Shown here piece by piece: positions 11,718 to 23,508 of a stretch of DNA of 64,000 bases. Below the pieces are notes generated by a model, which saw only the letters and a program-made list of their open reading frames with translations, searched no databases and was not told where the DNA came from. The stretch comes from Oikopleura dioica (Eukaryota > Animalia > Chordata): NCBI GenBank assembly GCA_907165135.1, contig OU015568.1, positions 4,154,001 to 4,218,000 on the forward strand. The letters run 5' to 3'. Within the stretch, counting starts at the first letter, position 1. The number at the start of each line of letters is the position of its first letter. Both the position numbers and the translations under genes were made by a program.

Positions 11718-13070
11718 GATTTTCGAGAACTCTTTTTGAAAACAATATCTACAAACACTCATCTTTCTGCTCCAGCTTTCAGTTTATCTCTACCCTAAAT
11801 ACTTTAGTTGTTATTACGAAAAAGAGAAATTCAACTTCAAAAGGATTGAGCGCTCTCATTTTTAAAGATATGAAGCTTTAAATACATAAAACAGAAAGCC
11901 AAGACAATTCTCTACAAAAGTTAGCATATGGGTGGTCATGACAACAATAACCTGTCAGGATCAAGGGACTTTTTCCAGAGTCAGTCGGTTCCACAGCGGG
12001 CATTCGCGCTGCGCGAAGCATTTTTTGGCTTGTTTGCGCGTGTTTTCCGCAAAGCGAGCGCTTATTTCTCCGGATTAATGATTCTTTCTATACCCGTCAA
12101 TGATTTTAATACTACCTCATAAGCCAGCTTTTGTAGACTTTTTGTAGGCTTTTTGCTGAATGTATTTTAAGCTTCATATCTTTGAAAATGAGGGCGCTAA
12201 ATCCTTTTGCAATTGGACTTCTTTTTTTCGAAATGACAACTTAAGTATTTATGATAGAGATACAGTTTACTCGCACAATTTGGACCTTTTTTGTTTGGCA
12301 GATGAAAGCTGGAGCAGAAAGATGAGTGTTTGTAAATATTAATTTCAAAAAAAGTATTCAAAAATCTTAACCAAAAATTGAATGAGCCGCGCGTGACGTA
12401 GCGCTACAGCCAGCTCGGCAGGGACGCCAGCGCGGAAATAGCCTGGATGGCCTTGTTGACAATTTCACGTTCATCCGATATGACAGCCCTCGGGAGCGGT
12501 CGGTTCAGATAGCAAAGCTTTTCGGTATTCCAATAACGAAATTTTGTTTTCCAAATCCTATTTTTTTTATCAATTTTATATCATAAAATCTCTTTCAGTA
12601 TCTAATAAATTTTTCGGCAGCTTTGTATTCGAATACCAAAATTGATTATAATATCTCGAAGCAAATCTAGATAACGTTTACAATTCTCCATTGAAGCAGA
12701 AAAAGAATTCGAAAGACAGACAGTTGCGGAATCCTTGTATCAAGCAAGTTCGAATTCGAATACTCAGGAAACAACGGCAAAAATATAAATCGGCAGATGA
12801 ATCGAGCAAATGAAATCAAGACTATTGTCGATCAGATGATATTCGAAGAAAAACAGACGAGCTAATCCCGAATACGGATTGGCTGTTACTTTGTGTACCG
12901 AATCGGTTTGGGGTTGGGAAAGAGAGGGTAAGTATATTTATTGACATTCACTAAAAAGAAGAAATTAACGGGGTAGCGGCGCGAATCCACAAGAAATTGC
13001 GACAAACATTTCAAACAAATAGAGCCTTAAGAGAAATAACTTCAATTTTTTGAGAAAATTTATCTCTTAA

Positions 13071-13294
13071 GGACCTCCTCCCATGGTCTGGTTTTTCGAG
13101 AATTTCAAAGCTCTCTAGCGGCTCAGCTAGATGCAACAAATAAATTCCTGAATAAGATCTGACTAGGCTCCTACGGAAAGAATCTGCGTACAGAATGAGC
13201 GTAAAGAATGAGCGTAAAGAATGAAAGTGTAATGATGACGGACATCGATTTTATAGCGATTTAAAAATCCGCAAAACCAGCCCGTCAGGGGTCT
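13071..13294. mobile_element. TTAA-flanked MITE with degenerate TIRs, similar ends to 54691-55027
   Basis: TTAA|ggacctcct...ctggtttt ... aaaaccagcccgtcaggggtct|TTAA. Confidence 0.55.
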
Positions 13295-13298
13295 TTAA

Positions 13299-13645
13299 GG
13301 GTATAGTTAGGGTCCACACGCAAAGAGGCCAGTTTTCGGCTTTAGAGCCGAATATCTAGAAATTTATAATAACGCGTTCCAGTTTTTATTTGCTCATCGT
13401 AATAAGCGCATAAAAATCTACCTTCAGAAAAATTTTTGGTAGCCTAGGGGCATGCGGTCAAATTTCATTACCATATATGGAAATTCGTTTTTCGCGTTTT
13501 TCTCTTGATTTTACAATTACGCGTTCCAGTTTTTTTTATCTTTTCTTGGATAGAATTTCAAGGGCTTCATTTTTCATATTGGTGGTTTTTTCAAAGAATT
13601 ATGCGGTCACCGAATTTTTCTTTGCGTGTGGGCTCAAGGTATAGT
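13299..13645. mobile_element. MITE abutting the previous element at a shared TTAA
   Basis: Begins gggtatagttagggtccacacgcaaaga. The inverted match tttgcgtgtgggc is at about 13620-13633. Confidence 0.45.
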
Positions 13646-13981
13646 ACTCAATTTAAGTCAACTTTCAAATTTCGGTCTCAAGCTTCTTTTTGAATGAATT
13701 TTGACTCAAATCAAGCACTACAGTTTTTATGGAATTTTCGGATAACAAATTTTTGGACATTTTCGGATTTTTATGGGTTGGATGCGCGTCGTTTTCTACG
13801 GTTTTAAGACAAAGTATGGATTTACTTTTCGGCACACGCAGCCTAGATAGAAATCATTTCGAAGGGTTAAATCTGATTAACTTTACGGCACACTGCCGAA
13901 AAGTATTACCATTTTCAAGCCCATTTTTGGAAAGCTTTTCGGCAATGTGCCGAAAAGGAAATTATTATTTTTTGTTGTTAA

Positions 13982-14714
13982 GGGACCCGGGCGAGTAACG
14001 CGAAGGCCAACTTCACGCGCTCGCCATTGATCTTTCAGAAAAGCTTTTTGAAATTTCTTTTTGCTAAACATATTTTCATTCACTCAGCTTTCATCTACAA
14101 CTTTCAGATTTTTATATCATACTTAATTCTTGAGCTAGAGTGAAAAAGAGAACTTCAACTTCAAAAGGCATCAACTCCTGCAAACTTCATTTGATCGACA
14201 TGAAACCAGCACCATTGAAAAGCCCATTAAATTCTGAACAGATCATACTTAATGCGCTAAGCTGAAACTGTACTTATTAGCGATTAAGACCAGATAAACA
14301 AGAAAACTTAGTGCGCGCGCAGCGGAATCATGTCCCGGGAGCCCAAAATAGCCCGATCGGAGTGTCCTGCCTTGCTGAGAGCGCTCAGTCCGTTCGTTTA
14401 TCAGCGCGTTCAGGGCAATTAGTAGAGTTCCAGCTTAGCGCATTAAGTATGATCTGTTCAGAATTTAATGGGCTTTTCAATGGTGCTGGTTTCATGTCGA
14501 TCAAATGAAGTTTGCAGAAGTTGATGCCTTTTGAAGTTGAACTTCTCTTTTTCACTCTAGCTCAAGAATTAAGTATGATATAAAAAATCTGAAAATTGGA
14601 GATGAAAGCTGAGTGAATGAAGATATATTTAGCAAAAAGAAATTTCAAAAAGCTTTTCTGAAAGATCAATGGCGAGCGCGTGAAGTTGGCCTTCGCGTAA
14701 CTCGCCCGGGTCCC
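13982..14714. mobile_element. 733-bp near-palindromic TTAA-flanked MITE, ~290-bp TIRs (Kolobok-like)
   Basis: TTAA|gggacccgggcgag ... ctcgcccgggtccc|TTAA. The arms are nearly identical, which is why the ORF track gives near-identical peptides at 13883-14083(-) and 14613-14798(+). Confidence 0.92.
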
Positions 14715-15351
14715 TTAAGGGAAAAGCTTTTCCGGCATATTTGCCGGAAACAATTACTTTATTTCATCTGTTTTTCGAGAAAGCTTTTCGGCACCTAATG
14801 AAGGAGAAAATGACGAAAGAACTCAAAAATCTAGAAGGAAGTAGAAATTATTTCCTTCCAGGCTCTCAAAAATGCCTCTCAAAAATTTCTAGGTTTCATT
14901 ATTTTTATTTCTTCGTAAAGATTCTTTCGCTTAGACTATTAATTATATTGCTAAAAATAATAATAAACGTTTTTAGTTTTTGTTAAATAAAGGTTAGTGT
15001 TAGGGGCCCCTGCAAAAATGACGAAACAGTTGAACCCGAATAACACTTTAAAATTATTTCTTCAATATATTTGTTATCTTCACAATTTGAAAAGCTGGAA
15101 AATTCATATGATCCGTTTGGTTTAAACGAAATTGGTAGCGCAAAGTCGTCATTTAAATGAAAAAGTCTGCCGAAAAGCTTTTCACGAATTACGCTCTTCT
15201 TTTCGGCAAACTGCCGAAAACCTTTCCTTAAATATTGCTTTTCATTTCGGCATTTAGCCGAAACGCTTTCCAAAATAATAATTTACTTTGCGGCACTTTG
15301 CCGAAAAGCTTTTCCAGAAAAGAACTTGAAAACGGAATTACTTTTCGGCAA

Positions 15352-16385
15352 GGTGCGTCGATTTCTACGGTCAAAAATGATTCATAGAAACCGTGGAAAT
15401 AAACCCACGGTCTTGGGTGGGAATCAACCTACAATGTTACCAAGGTACTGAAAAAATTGGCAAAATCTGGCAATTTCGGTCAATTCGGTCGTGACAATTG
15501 TCGGTTTATGCTTACAATCTCTACTATTTTTTCAATAGACAAAATGGTGGGCATAGTCAATGATCCCTAGGTTAAATCCACAGATTATTTCGAGAATGAG
15601 AAAATTATTTAAATTGGGGGTATTGTATTGTAAAGATATAAAAAGCTTATTTTTGCCCAAAAGGTAGAAACAGCTGGGGTCGGCATCGGTGCGTCGGATT
15701 GTTGTGTCCCGCCCCGCCCCGTTGAATTTTCGGGGTTCTCGAGCCCCGCCCCGCCCAGTGTGCCCCGTTTGCCCCGTGTGCCCCGAGTGCCCCGTTTTGA
15801 TTTCATTTTTCATGTTATTTCAAAATTTGATAATAAGAAAAAGTAATTGAATTTCTATTTTTCTTCGGAATTCCCATATGAGATATTAGTTTCAATCGAA
15901 GTCAGTAGCAAATTCATTTGCTTCGACAAAAATCGAGAGCAGTGCAGTTTCTCCTACTCTCTTATATTTACAGCTTTATTTTTCTTGTTTACTTACTAAC
16001 AGTGGTGTTTGCGGGCTCATCCGTATCAGAAACCGTCTAGACTCTCTAGAGTCTAGAGGGGATGCAATGGAAGACGCTCCAAAAGGAGGAACCCGCGAAC
16101 GCCACTGTATGATTGATAGAAAAACATTCAAAAACCCTTATTTCAAAATTAAAATCTAACAGTATATGCATGAAGTAAGACTTAATTTTTTTAATTTTTT
16201 GTAAGCAAAAAGTGACAACAGACCCATTCCGACGGTCCCTACCGACCGAAATAAGCACAGTTTTTGCCAATTTATCTAACCTACTAACCCGACCTTGGAT
16301 ATTGGTGGTTGATTCCCACCCTAGATAGTGTGTCGATTTCTACGGTCCAAGTGAATCATTTTTGACCGTAGAAATCAACGCACCG
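15352..16385. mobile_element. Older TIR element with a ccccg-rich insert at about 15700-15800
   Basis: ggtgcgtcgatttctacggtcaaaaatgattca...gggtgggaatcaacc at 15352-15465 is inverted at 16255-16385. Confidence 0.65.
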
Positions 16386-16696
16386 TAGCAATCGACGTAA
16401 ACCTCCAAAACGTAGAAAACGACGAGCACCCGGTTTTCTTGGGACAAATTCAAAGAGAGAGATTCTGGACATATTTTCTCAGCAGATATCTTCGACACCT
16501 GAATTTATGGTCAAACTTGAGTTTTTGAAGCCAATTATAGATTGGATTATCATTCTTGAATGACCAAAGTTCGAGTCGTTCCGATATTTAACAATGCAAA
16601 ATATGTCAGAACTATATTACAATAGAGATTAAAACTGGTCACTCAGAAATGATAATCGCGGTATAACAAGACTGACGGCTAAAACGTTATTAAGGC

Positions 16697-17089
16697 TAGG
16701 GTGGTCGATTTTGGCCAAGTCTCAGGTTTTTTGACCCGCATTTTTGGATTCCTCAAAAATTTGGAGCAAAAACTCCTAATGCACTTTTTGGCTATCTCTA
16801 CTCGATCTCCCGGAAATAACGACTAAAGCTGCAGAAAATTAGTGTATTTTGAAAGTGAACCAAATAATTTGAAATTTCAATCCTTTACAATAGTGGCATA
16901 TGATACATTTTTGGTAAGCTAACTCTGCCAACTTTGAAGGCAGCGGAAGTGGCTTTTTTGGGATGACGGAAAAGCTTCTGTAATTCAGAAGATCTAGGAT
17001 AGATCTCTATTTAAAGCTATTATGGGGTACTCTGGCATTCACAAGTCCAGAGTTTATGAGCCCTGCTTTGGGCCAAATCGACCACCCTA
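16697..17089. mobile_element. MITE-like element
   Basis: tagggtggtcgatttt-ggcc ... ggcc-aaatcgaccacccta. Confidence 0.6.
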
Positions 17090-17449
17090 CTAGGTTTACT
17101 TTTAAAATAATTGGAAAAATCGGAAAATTTAGTCGCAAATATTTGTCGATTAGCGTTGCGTTACGGAATCGACATCTCCAACAATATTTTTTAATTGTTT
17201 ACCAATTGGTGATCATTAACAAAGTCTTTCTCATCTCCATCATAATTTTTTAGCTGAATATTATGGTATCGATACAGAAAAATTTCTGCGGAGCTAGGAA
17301 GATAATTCAGACGATATTTAAGAATCCGAAGCCCGATTAAATTAATCATTTTCAAAAATCTCTAGTTAAACAGTTATTCTTTCAGTCATTCTCTAGACCG
17401 AATTTATTTCGCTTAAAATCTCTCATTTTTCAATTCAGTGCACTACTCT

Positions 17450-18073
17450 GATGATTTCAAAAATATTTCGCGGGACCGGAAATCGACGAAAAACTTCTTG
17501 TCTAGTTTTGTAGAGCTCGTCGAGACGAGTCGAATGATATATCAAACTCCTGATAGTTTTAAGATTTTTCGTCAAAAAATAATAATAAGGTGTCTTATCA
17601 AAAATTTTCTGACCGGCGCCGTTTTTGTTCTAGAAAAGCTGAGGTGATGCTTGACCCCGGAAAATGATCCTCATGATCTGTTCTATTACAGCAAAAATTT
17701 CAGCTCGTCCTTACATATCCTGCTGTGCTTATCAGCGAAAAATCAAAAAATTAGTGCATTTTGTTGTCGCTGCACGTTCCTAATTTCTGGCCCATTTTCA
17801 GTCTCATTTCCTTTGAAAATGAAATTTTGCTGTTATAGAACAGATCATGAGGATTATTTTCCGGGGTTAAGCATGATCTCAGCTTTCCTAGAACAAAAAC
17901 GGCGCTAGTCAGAAAATTTTTGATAAGACACCTTCTTATCATTTTTTTGACGGAAAATCTTAAAACTATCAGGAGTCTGATATATCATTCGACTCGTCTC
18001 GACGAGCTCTACAAAACTAGACAAGAAGTTTTTCGACGATTTCCGGGCCCGCGAAATATTTTTTGAAATCATC
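17450..18073. mobile_element. ~620-bp near-palindromic MITE with ~250-bp TIRs
   Basis: gatgatttcaaaaatatttcgcggg ... cccgcgaaatattttttgaaatcatc. No target-site duplication could be identified. Confidence 0.88.
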
Positions 18074-18340
18074 TCTCTCTCAAAGTCTAGCCCTCAAAGG
18101 TTAAATTTTTACTTCTTTTCGTATTACTTTCATTTTATTCTAGTACTGAAGATGGATCTCAGCATCCGAAAGCTTTACTGAAATAAACAAAACCATACCA
18201 ATTTCACCGATGCCAAACAACAAGAAATAAAATATGAGTGTAGTTTGAAAACTTTCCTAGTTGTTTGAGCGAATTTATTTCCATATTCGCGTCTTGTTCT
18301 TGCTAAGATGCGAGAAGCCCGATTCCTTTTAGCATTTAAA

Positions 18341-19641
18341 GGGTAATGGTATACACCGGCGCGGCGCTGCTCACTCGATCCGCGCTCCGCCAGAACCTAT
18401 TTCTCACGGCGGCATAAAATCTGAACGGGTAAAGATTTTTACAAAATTCAAATAGATTTGTAATCCACAAACTCTTTTCTTGTAAAAAACCAAAAATGAT
18501 AGCAATTGTCAACGAGGAACATTTCAGATTTCTGTTTAAGGACCCCCATCATTTATTTTAAGGGTAATGGTATACATCGGCGCGGCGCTGCTCGCTCGAT
18601 CCGCGCTCCGCCAGAACCTATTTCTCTCGAAGCCGTAAAATCTGAACGGACAAAGATTTTTCAAAATTCAAAAATATTCTGAATTATCAAAGCCCCTTCT
18701 ATTGACACAGCAAAAATGGTAATGATTGTCAAAGAGGAACTATCTGAAAATTGCCAGTTTCCTTCAAATGACATTTTCTTCGATATTTCTCATCCAAAAT
18801 TTTTGAAAATTAGACTATCTTGTAGAGAATCGTCAGCTCTACAAATCCTGTTTCTCAGATTTCTGTTTTAAGCCCTTCGGATTTTAATATGCGACCTTGA
18901 AGTCAGCAGCAGAGGTCGTGGCGTGAGAAATAGAGAGCGGATAGGCGCGAGAAGAAGTAGCGCTCTTTACAAATTGCGATGTGAAATTAATGAAAACTTA
19001 AAACGAAAATCCGAAAAACAGGATTTGTAGAGCTGACGATTCTCTACAAGCCAGTGTAATTTTCAAAAATTTTGGATGAGAAATATCGAAGAAAATGTCA
19101 TTTGAAGGAAACTGGCAATTTTCAGATAGTTCCTCTTTGACAATCATTACCATTTTTGCTGTGTCAATAGAAGGGGCTTTGATAATTCAGAATATTTTTG
19201 AATTTTGAAAAAATCTTTGTCCGTTCAGATTTTACGGCTTCGAGAGAAATAGGTTCTGGCGGAGCGCGGATCGAGCGAGCAGCGCCGCGCCGATGTATAC
19301 CATTACCCTTAAATCCAAATTTAAAAGAACTGTGCTCTTTTTCGCGGCTTTCCGCTTCCTATTTCTCACGCCATGAGTTCACAGCGCTGACTTCAAACTC
19401 GCTAAAAAATTTAGTAAGAGCTTAAAACAGAAGTCTGAAAAACAGGATTTGTAGAACAGACGATTCTCTATTAGACAGACGAATTTTTATAAAATTTTAA
19501 CAAGAAATATAGTAGGAAATGTCATTTGAAGGAAACACGCGATTTTAAGAATGTTCCTCGTTGACAATTGCTGTCATTTTTTGTTTGTTGCAAGAAGAGA
19601 GTTTCCCGCGCCGATGTATACGGTATACAGTACCATTACCC
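18341..19641. mobile_element. Older diverged copy of the gggtaatggtatac family, interrupted by a younger copy
   Basis: Starts ttaaa|gggtaatggtatacaccggcgcgg and ends taccattaccc|TTAA. Internal segments resemble the inner element. Confidence 0.72.
18562..19308. mobile_element. 747-bp TTAA-flanked MITE, ~310-bp near-perfect TIRs (Kolobok-like)
   Basis: TTAA|gggtaatggtatacatcggcgcgg ... ccgcgccgatgtataccattaccc|TTAA. Confidence 0.93.
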
Positions 19642-20208
19642 TTAAGATTGTTCTCTGAAAAATGTTATTTTTAATAACTCATGTTATTAAGAGTTATTAT
19701 TTGCAAATTTTCTATACAAACACAGTGAGAACCCTGTCTCAGAATCTGTAAAAATTTTGGAACCTGGCGGACATTTGAACGTTCTGAAATCTCCTGATGA
19801 TCGAGCTCAGGTGACGGCGCGGTAGTGCATTACGGGCGGACCGCAGCTCGGAAATTAGTTTCTCTTACTAAACAACCCGGAAAATTTCTTCGAAAACTCT
19901 AATTTTTATATATATCCTCGAAAAGGCCTTTAGTTAGACTCTGTGAAAATTTGAAGACCAGGCAATTAGTAGAACCCTCCAAAATCAGCGAATAAGTGAG
20001 TGAAAGTGACAAAGCGCTATTGCACTACGCGCTCCGCGGGACGCCCGAAATGCCCCATAATCTCGGCGGGTGCACACTCTGACCTACTGTAGCGGATCAT
20101 TCATAAATAAAACCGGGTAATCTTAGCAAAACAGTTAAAATGTCAAGAGCACTGTTTCACCTTTCAAAGTGCTGTCAGCGGTGATTCAGAGAGTGATTCA
20201 AGTTTTCA

Positions 20209-20360
20209 TCGAAAGGGCTAGCAAACCATCTTTCTCCCAATCTATCAAATCATAGTTCTGCTATTCAAATATATCAATTTCTTTCATTTTTTTATTTGTC
20301 GTTATAATCTGACAAAGGATCTTGTGTTTGAATAGATTGATGTCGGTATCCACTTTTGTG
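20209..20360. repeat. Dispersed ~150-bp repeat, copy 2 (copy 1 at 2435-2585)
   Basis: Colinear similarity to 2435-2585. Confidence 0.8.
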
Positions 20361-20459
20361 TTTTCCATGCATCATGATTTTCGTTTTTATCCCAATCAGT
20401 CCTTCGAAAATATCGCTAAATGGGGATTCAAAATTTTAATAGAAGAATAATTTTATCGA

Positions 20460-22084
20460 TTAATTTTGACACCCCTTGCTGAAAATCATCGCCGAGCTTA
20501 AAATAATCGAATGAATGGACAGTCCAAGAATTAGGCCCAATGCTCCACCACAGTCAGACAAGAACTCGTAAAAAGTGTACATTGGCTTTTCGTAAGTGAA
20601 TATCTCGCTGATGTCTGCTTGATTGATGATGACTCCGACAGCGGCGACGTTCGGGAAGGGAACGGAGATCTTTCGAAGCTTTCCGTACATGATCGAGTCT
20701 TGCTTGTAAACTCTAGAATCGCAGGCGATTTCGCACTTGTTTGGAGCACCCTTGAAGCGCTGGATCAGTGGTGCTTTTCTAGAGGTCAATTTTCCGGCGC
20801 AGAAAATCTGCAGAGAAAGAAATCTTTGACCTCCACCTACGCATTGTGAGTGTTCATGAAAAGAACAATTTCTTGAATAATCTTGCGGGAAATAATGCGG
20901 TAAACAATTGCATGTCGAGTTGATATCTATGGAAGAATATGGAATTGTATGGACTTGTATTTAGGCTTTTAATTTTCTGAAATTCTTTCTTGAACAAGAT
21001 TATCCATCGCGCAAGCTCCTTGGGTATAGATATTTTTGAAATACTTTTGCTGAGTGAGATTTCTTTCCGAATGGCATTCTCTTTACAAAGAATTATATAC
21101 AGCTGTTAAATAAAGTAACCTGTAAGGAGAGCCAATGTACTTCGTCCTCAACTGCTGAATGGAAATGATTGGAGTCAACCCTTCGTAGAGAAACAAAGCT
21201 TGCTTCGGGTCCGGTACAGGATCCATCACGTGATTGTAGTACAAGATCATTCCGTCGAGAGCATCTTCCCAGCCAGCAGTCCAGTCCGACCGGTTGTACC
21301 CTGAGTGGCTGATGATGAGGATGATACCGTGCCCGTTTCCTACCGATAAGAAGAGACAAACTTCGATGATAGCCATAAGAGCTCTTCGCATCGTATTCAT
21401 TACGATGATGCTCAACCGTATTGGGATTGAACTCGACACAGTTTCCGTGCATGCCAACTATTGGCCTCCAAAATGTATCGCCACCAGTGTTCCGGCAGCT
21501 TTTGCCATTATATCTGCAGCTGAAGACGTAATAGTCCGGTCGTGTTTGCGAGTAGAAATCATCGGCAACGGTGAAATTTGGATGGCTGAGAGTTTTGTTG
21601 ACTTGCGTCAAAGCGATACTAGAATTCATTTATGGCCGAAAATAAGGGTCTCATCACGATAAATTCTCGACTTACTGGGAGCCATAATAAGCAGCCATCA
21701 TTGGCTGGGTGAGATTAAACTTCGCGAGTTTCTTATTGCTGTGGAAGCTATTCATACTTTTAAAAGTTCAAACGGTCTAATTATAAAGTGCAATAGCCTT
21801 TGAAAGATATATTCAGTTTGAACCTAGCAAAGCGTGATCTTAGGAAACATGGTAGAATGGGAATGATGGACGCTCTGCATAATGGATTTGCGGTCAAAGT
21901 AAAAGTGGATGTTATTCCAGATCGCCCAAATCGTGTAGATCCAGCCGAAGAGATGGAAAAAGCTCTGCAAATACAAGATCAAATCCTCCTCTAGAATTAA
22001 CCATCTTACCCACAAAAAGCCCAAACAAGTTCCATGGCCTCTCTTTTTACTCCCGCCGCAGCACAAACTCGCCAAAAACCCCAT
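20460..22084 (-). CDS. DEG/ENaC (ASIC/BASIC-like) amiloride-sensitive channel subunit, multi-exon
   Basis: Pre-TM1 HG motif (KRGHG), TM1 (FLWSFFHLFGWIYTIW), FPKITLC, VFSCRYNG...GNCVEFN, the thumb motif INSTCNCLPHYFP...CSFHEHSQC, and TM2 signature FLSDCGGALGLILGLS. Confidence 0.9.
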
Positions 22085-22395
22085 TTCAATCTCTTTCAAA
22101 AGAAAACTTTCATTTCTGTCGTTCTTTATTTGCGCGAAGTTCCATAAAGATTATTAAAAAAGGAAACGATAAATAACTCCGCCGCCATAAAATATAATAA
22201 ATAATGCGCTGGAAAATATTTTTTTGAGTTCAAAAATTAAACATTGAATTTTCGAAAATCGATGCAATAATGGAGGTCTAAGATCTTTAACCATATTTTT
22301 TAAAAACAAAAGAATCGAATAATTTGCTTTTAAAATCTATTCTTTATTTTATTGCACAGTCAAAAAAGTAATTTTACAGTCTCACAACTTGCATT

Positions 22396-22690
22396 TCACA
22401 TGTTTTTAACCAGATTGAAAAAGCTAGGCTTCGGCGACTTTTGCACTTTTTCGGGATTTAGAGTGAGCCTCGCTAGTGGGTTTTTTCCGTTCTTCATGAA
22501 GAAATCCTGAATATACTACCTTAAATACCAATTATGAGGCTTCCTACCTCGATTCCAGAATAAGTCTTGAACAAAGTCTCGGGCGAAGCGGTTCGGATAT
22601 GTGCAGGGTTGATGATGTTCCTGAAGCCGGATCGTTTGTTAAAGTAACTTGTAGTATCATGAAGCAAAGCATAGGGTGACATTCGTAGGG
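22396..22690 (-). CDS. Two terminal exons, probably the C-terminal tail of the giant lectin gene or a separate small gene
   Basis: ag|..LRMSPYALLHDTTSYFNKRSGFRNIINPAHIRTASPETLFKTYSGIE|gtagg...ttcag|DFFMKNGKNPLARLTLNPEKVQKSPKPSFFNLVKNM*. The splice phases agree. Confidence 0.45.
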
Positions 22691-23508
22691 CTAATCAAAA
22701 AGATCAACAAATTATCAATCAAATCTCCTTTTTTCTTTTTTCATTTTGATCTTTAACACTTTCATAAAGGAATATTTCTATTTGTTATACTTCCAAAAAC
22801 ACTGCTCAAAAAGAGCGAGAAAAGAGAAAAAGTAAGTTTCATCTCGTGATTTTTCTCGTTTTTGGCCAAGCCTGCTCCTCCTTTAAATACTTGGCGGTTC
22901 ACGCTTGATCCGCAGCGGTGTTATTATTTCCAGGGCGGAAAAACAACAGATATAATGTGAATAATGCACAGTTCTAATGCGCCTTGCTCCAATGCATATT
23001 GCTGACAGATAACCGCGACGAGATGCCAATTTTGTTCAGAAACAATTCGATTCAACACGAATAACTTTCAAGTCTGTGCGTCAGACACTAAGGACCTAAG
23101 ACCAAGGTAAAAATTGAATTACCAATTTTCGTTTGCAAACCAATTTTCAAATTTCTTTCCGTGATTTCGACTTTTTATTATCAGTAAATACTGCTTATGG
23201 TCCCAGCTTCCACCATCAAACGGCCGTTATTGGCAATTCGATAGCTTGTACTGCTACATTTGCAAATACAGTTATTTTACAAGTTTTTTTTCAGTGAATC
23301 AGATATTTTCACATGTTCTTTCATCGTGAAGAAATTGTTCATCGGCAGTTCTTTTCAGTTGCACGAGGTAGACTTCGGGCTAAAAATGAATAAATATTTG
23401 GTTAAATTAATTGACTTATAAATTATATTGTTATAAGTTATAATTTAATTGTTATTTTATTAAAATTCAAATTATCTAAATTTTTTATTTTTCAAATCAT
23501 TTTTCAAA

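Noticed and set aside
12600-12930. Coding-like stretch (SIEAEKEFERQTVAESLYQ...)
   Set aside because: It is interrupted by stops and no consistent splice model could be built.
13883-14798. Duplicated small protein genes on opposite strands
   Set aside because: The near-identical peptides come from the two arms of a palindromic MITE. The same applies to ORFs at 17438-17942 and 19198-19425.
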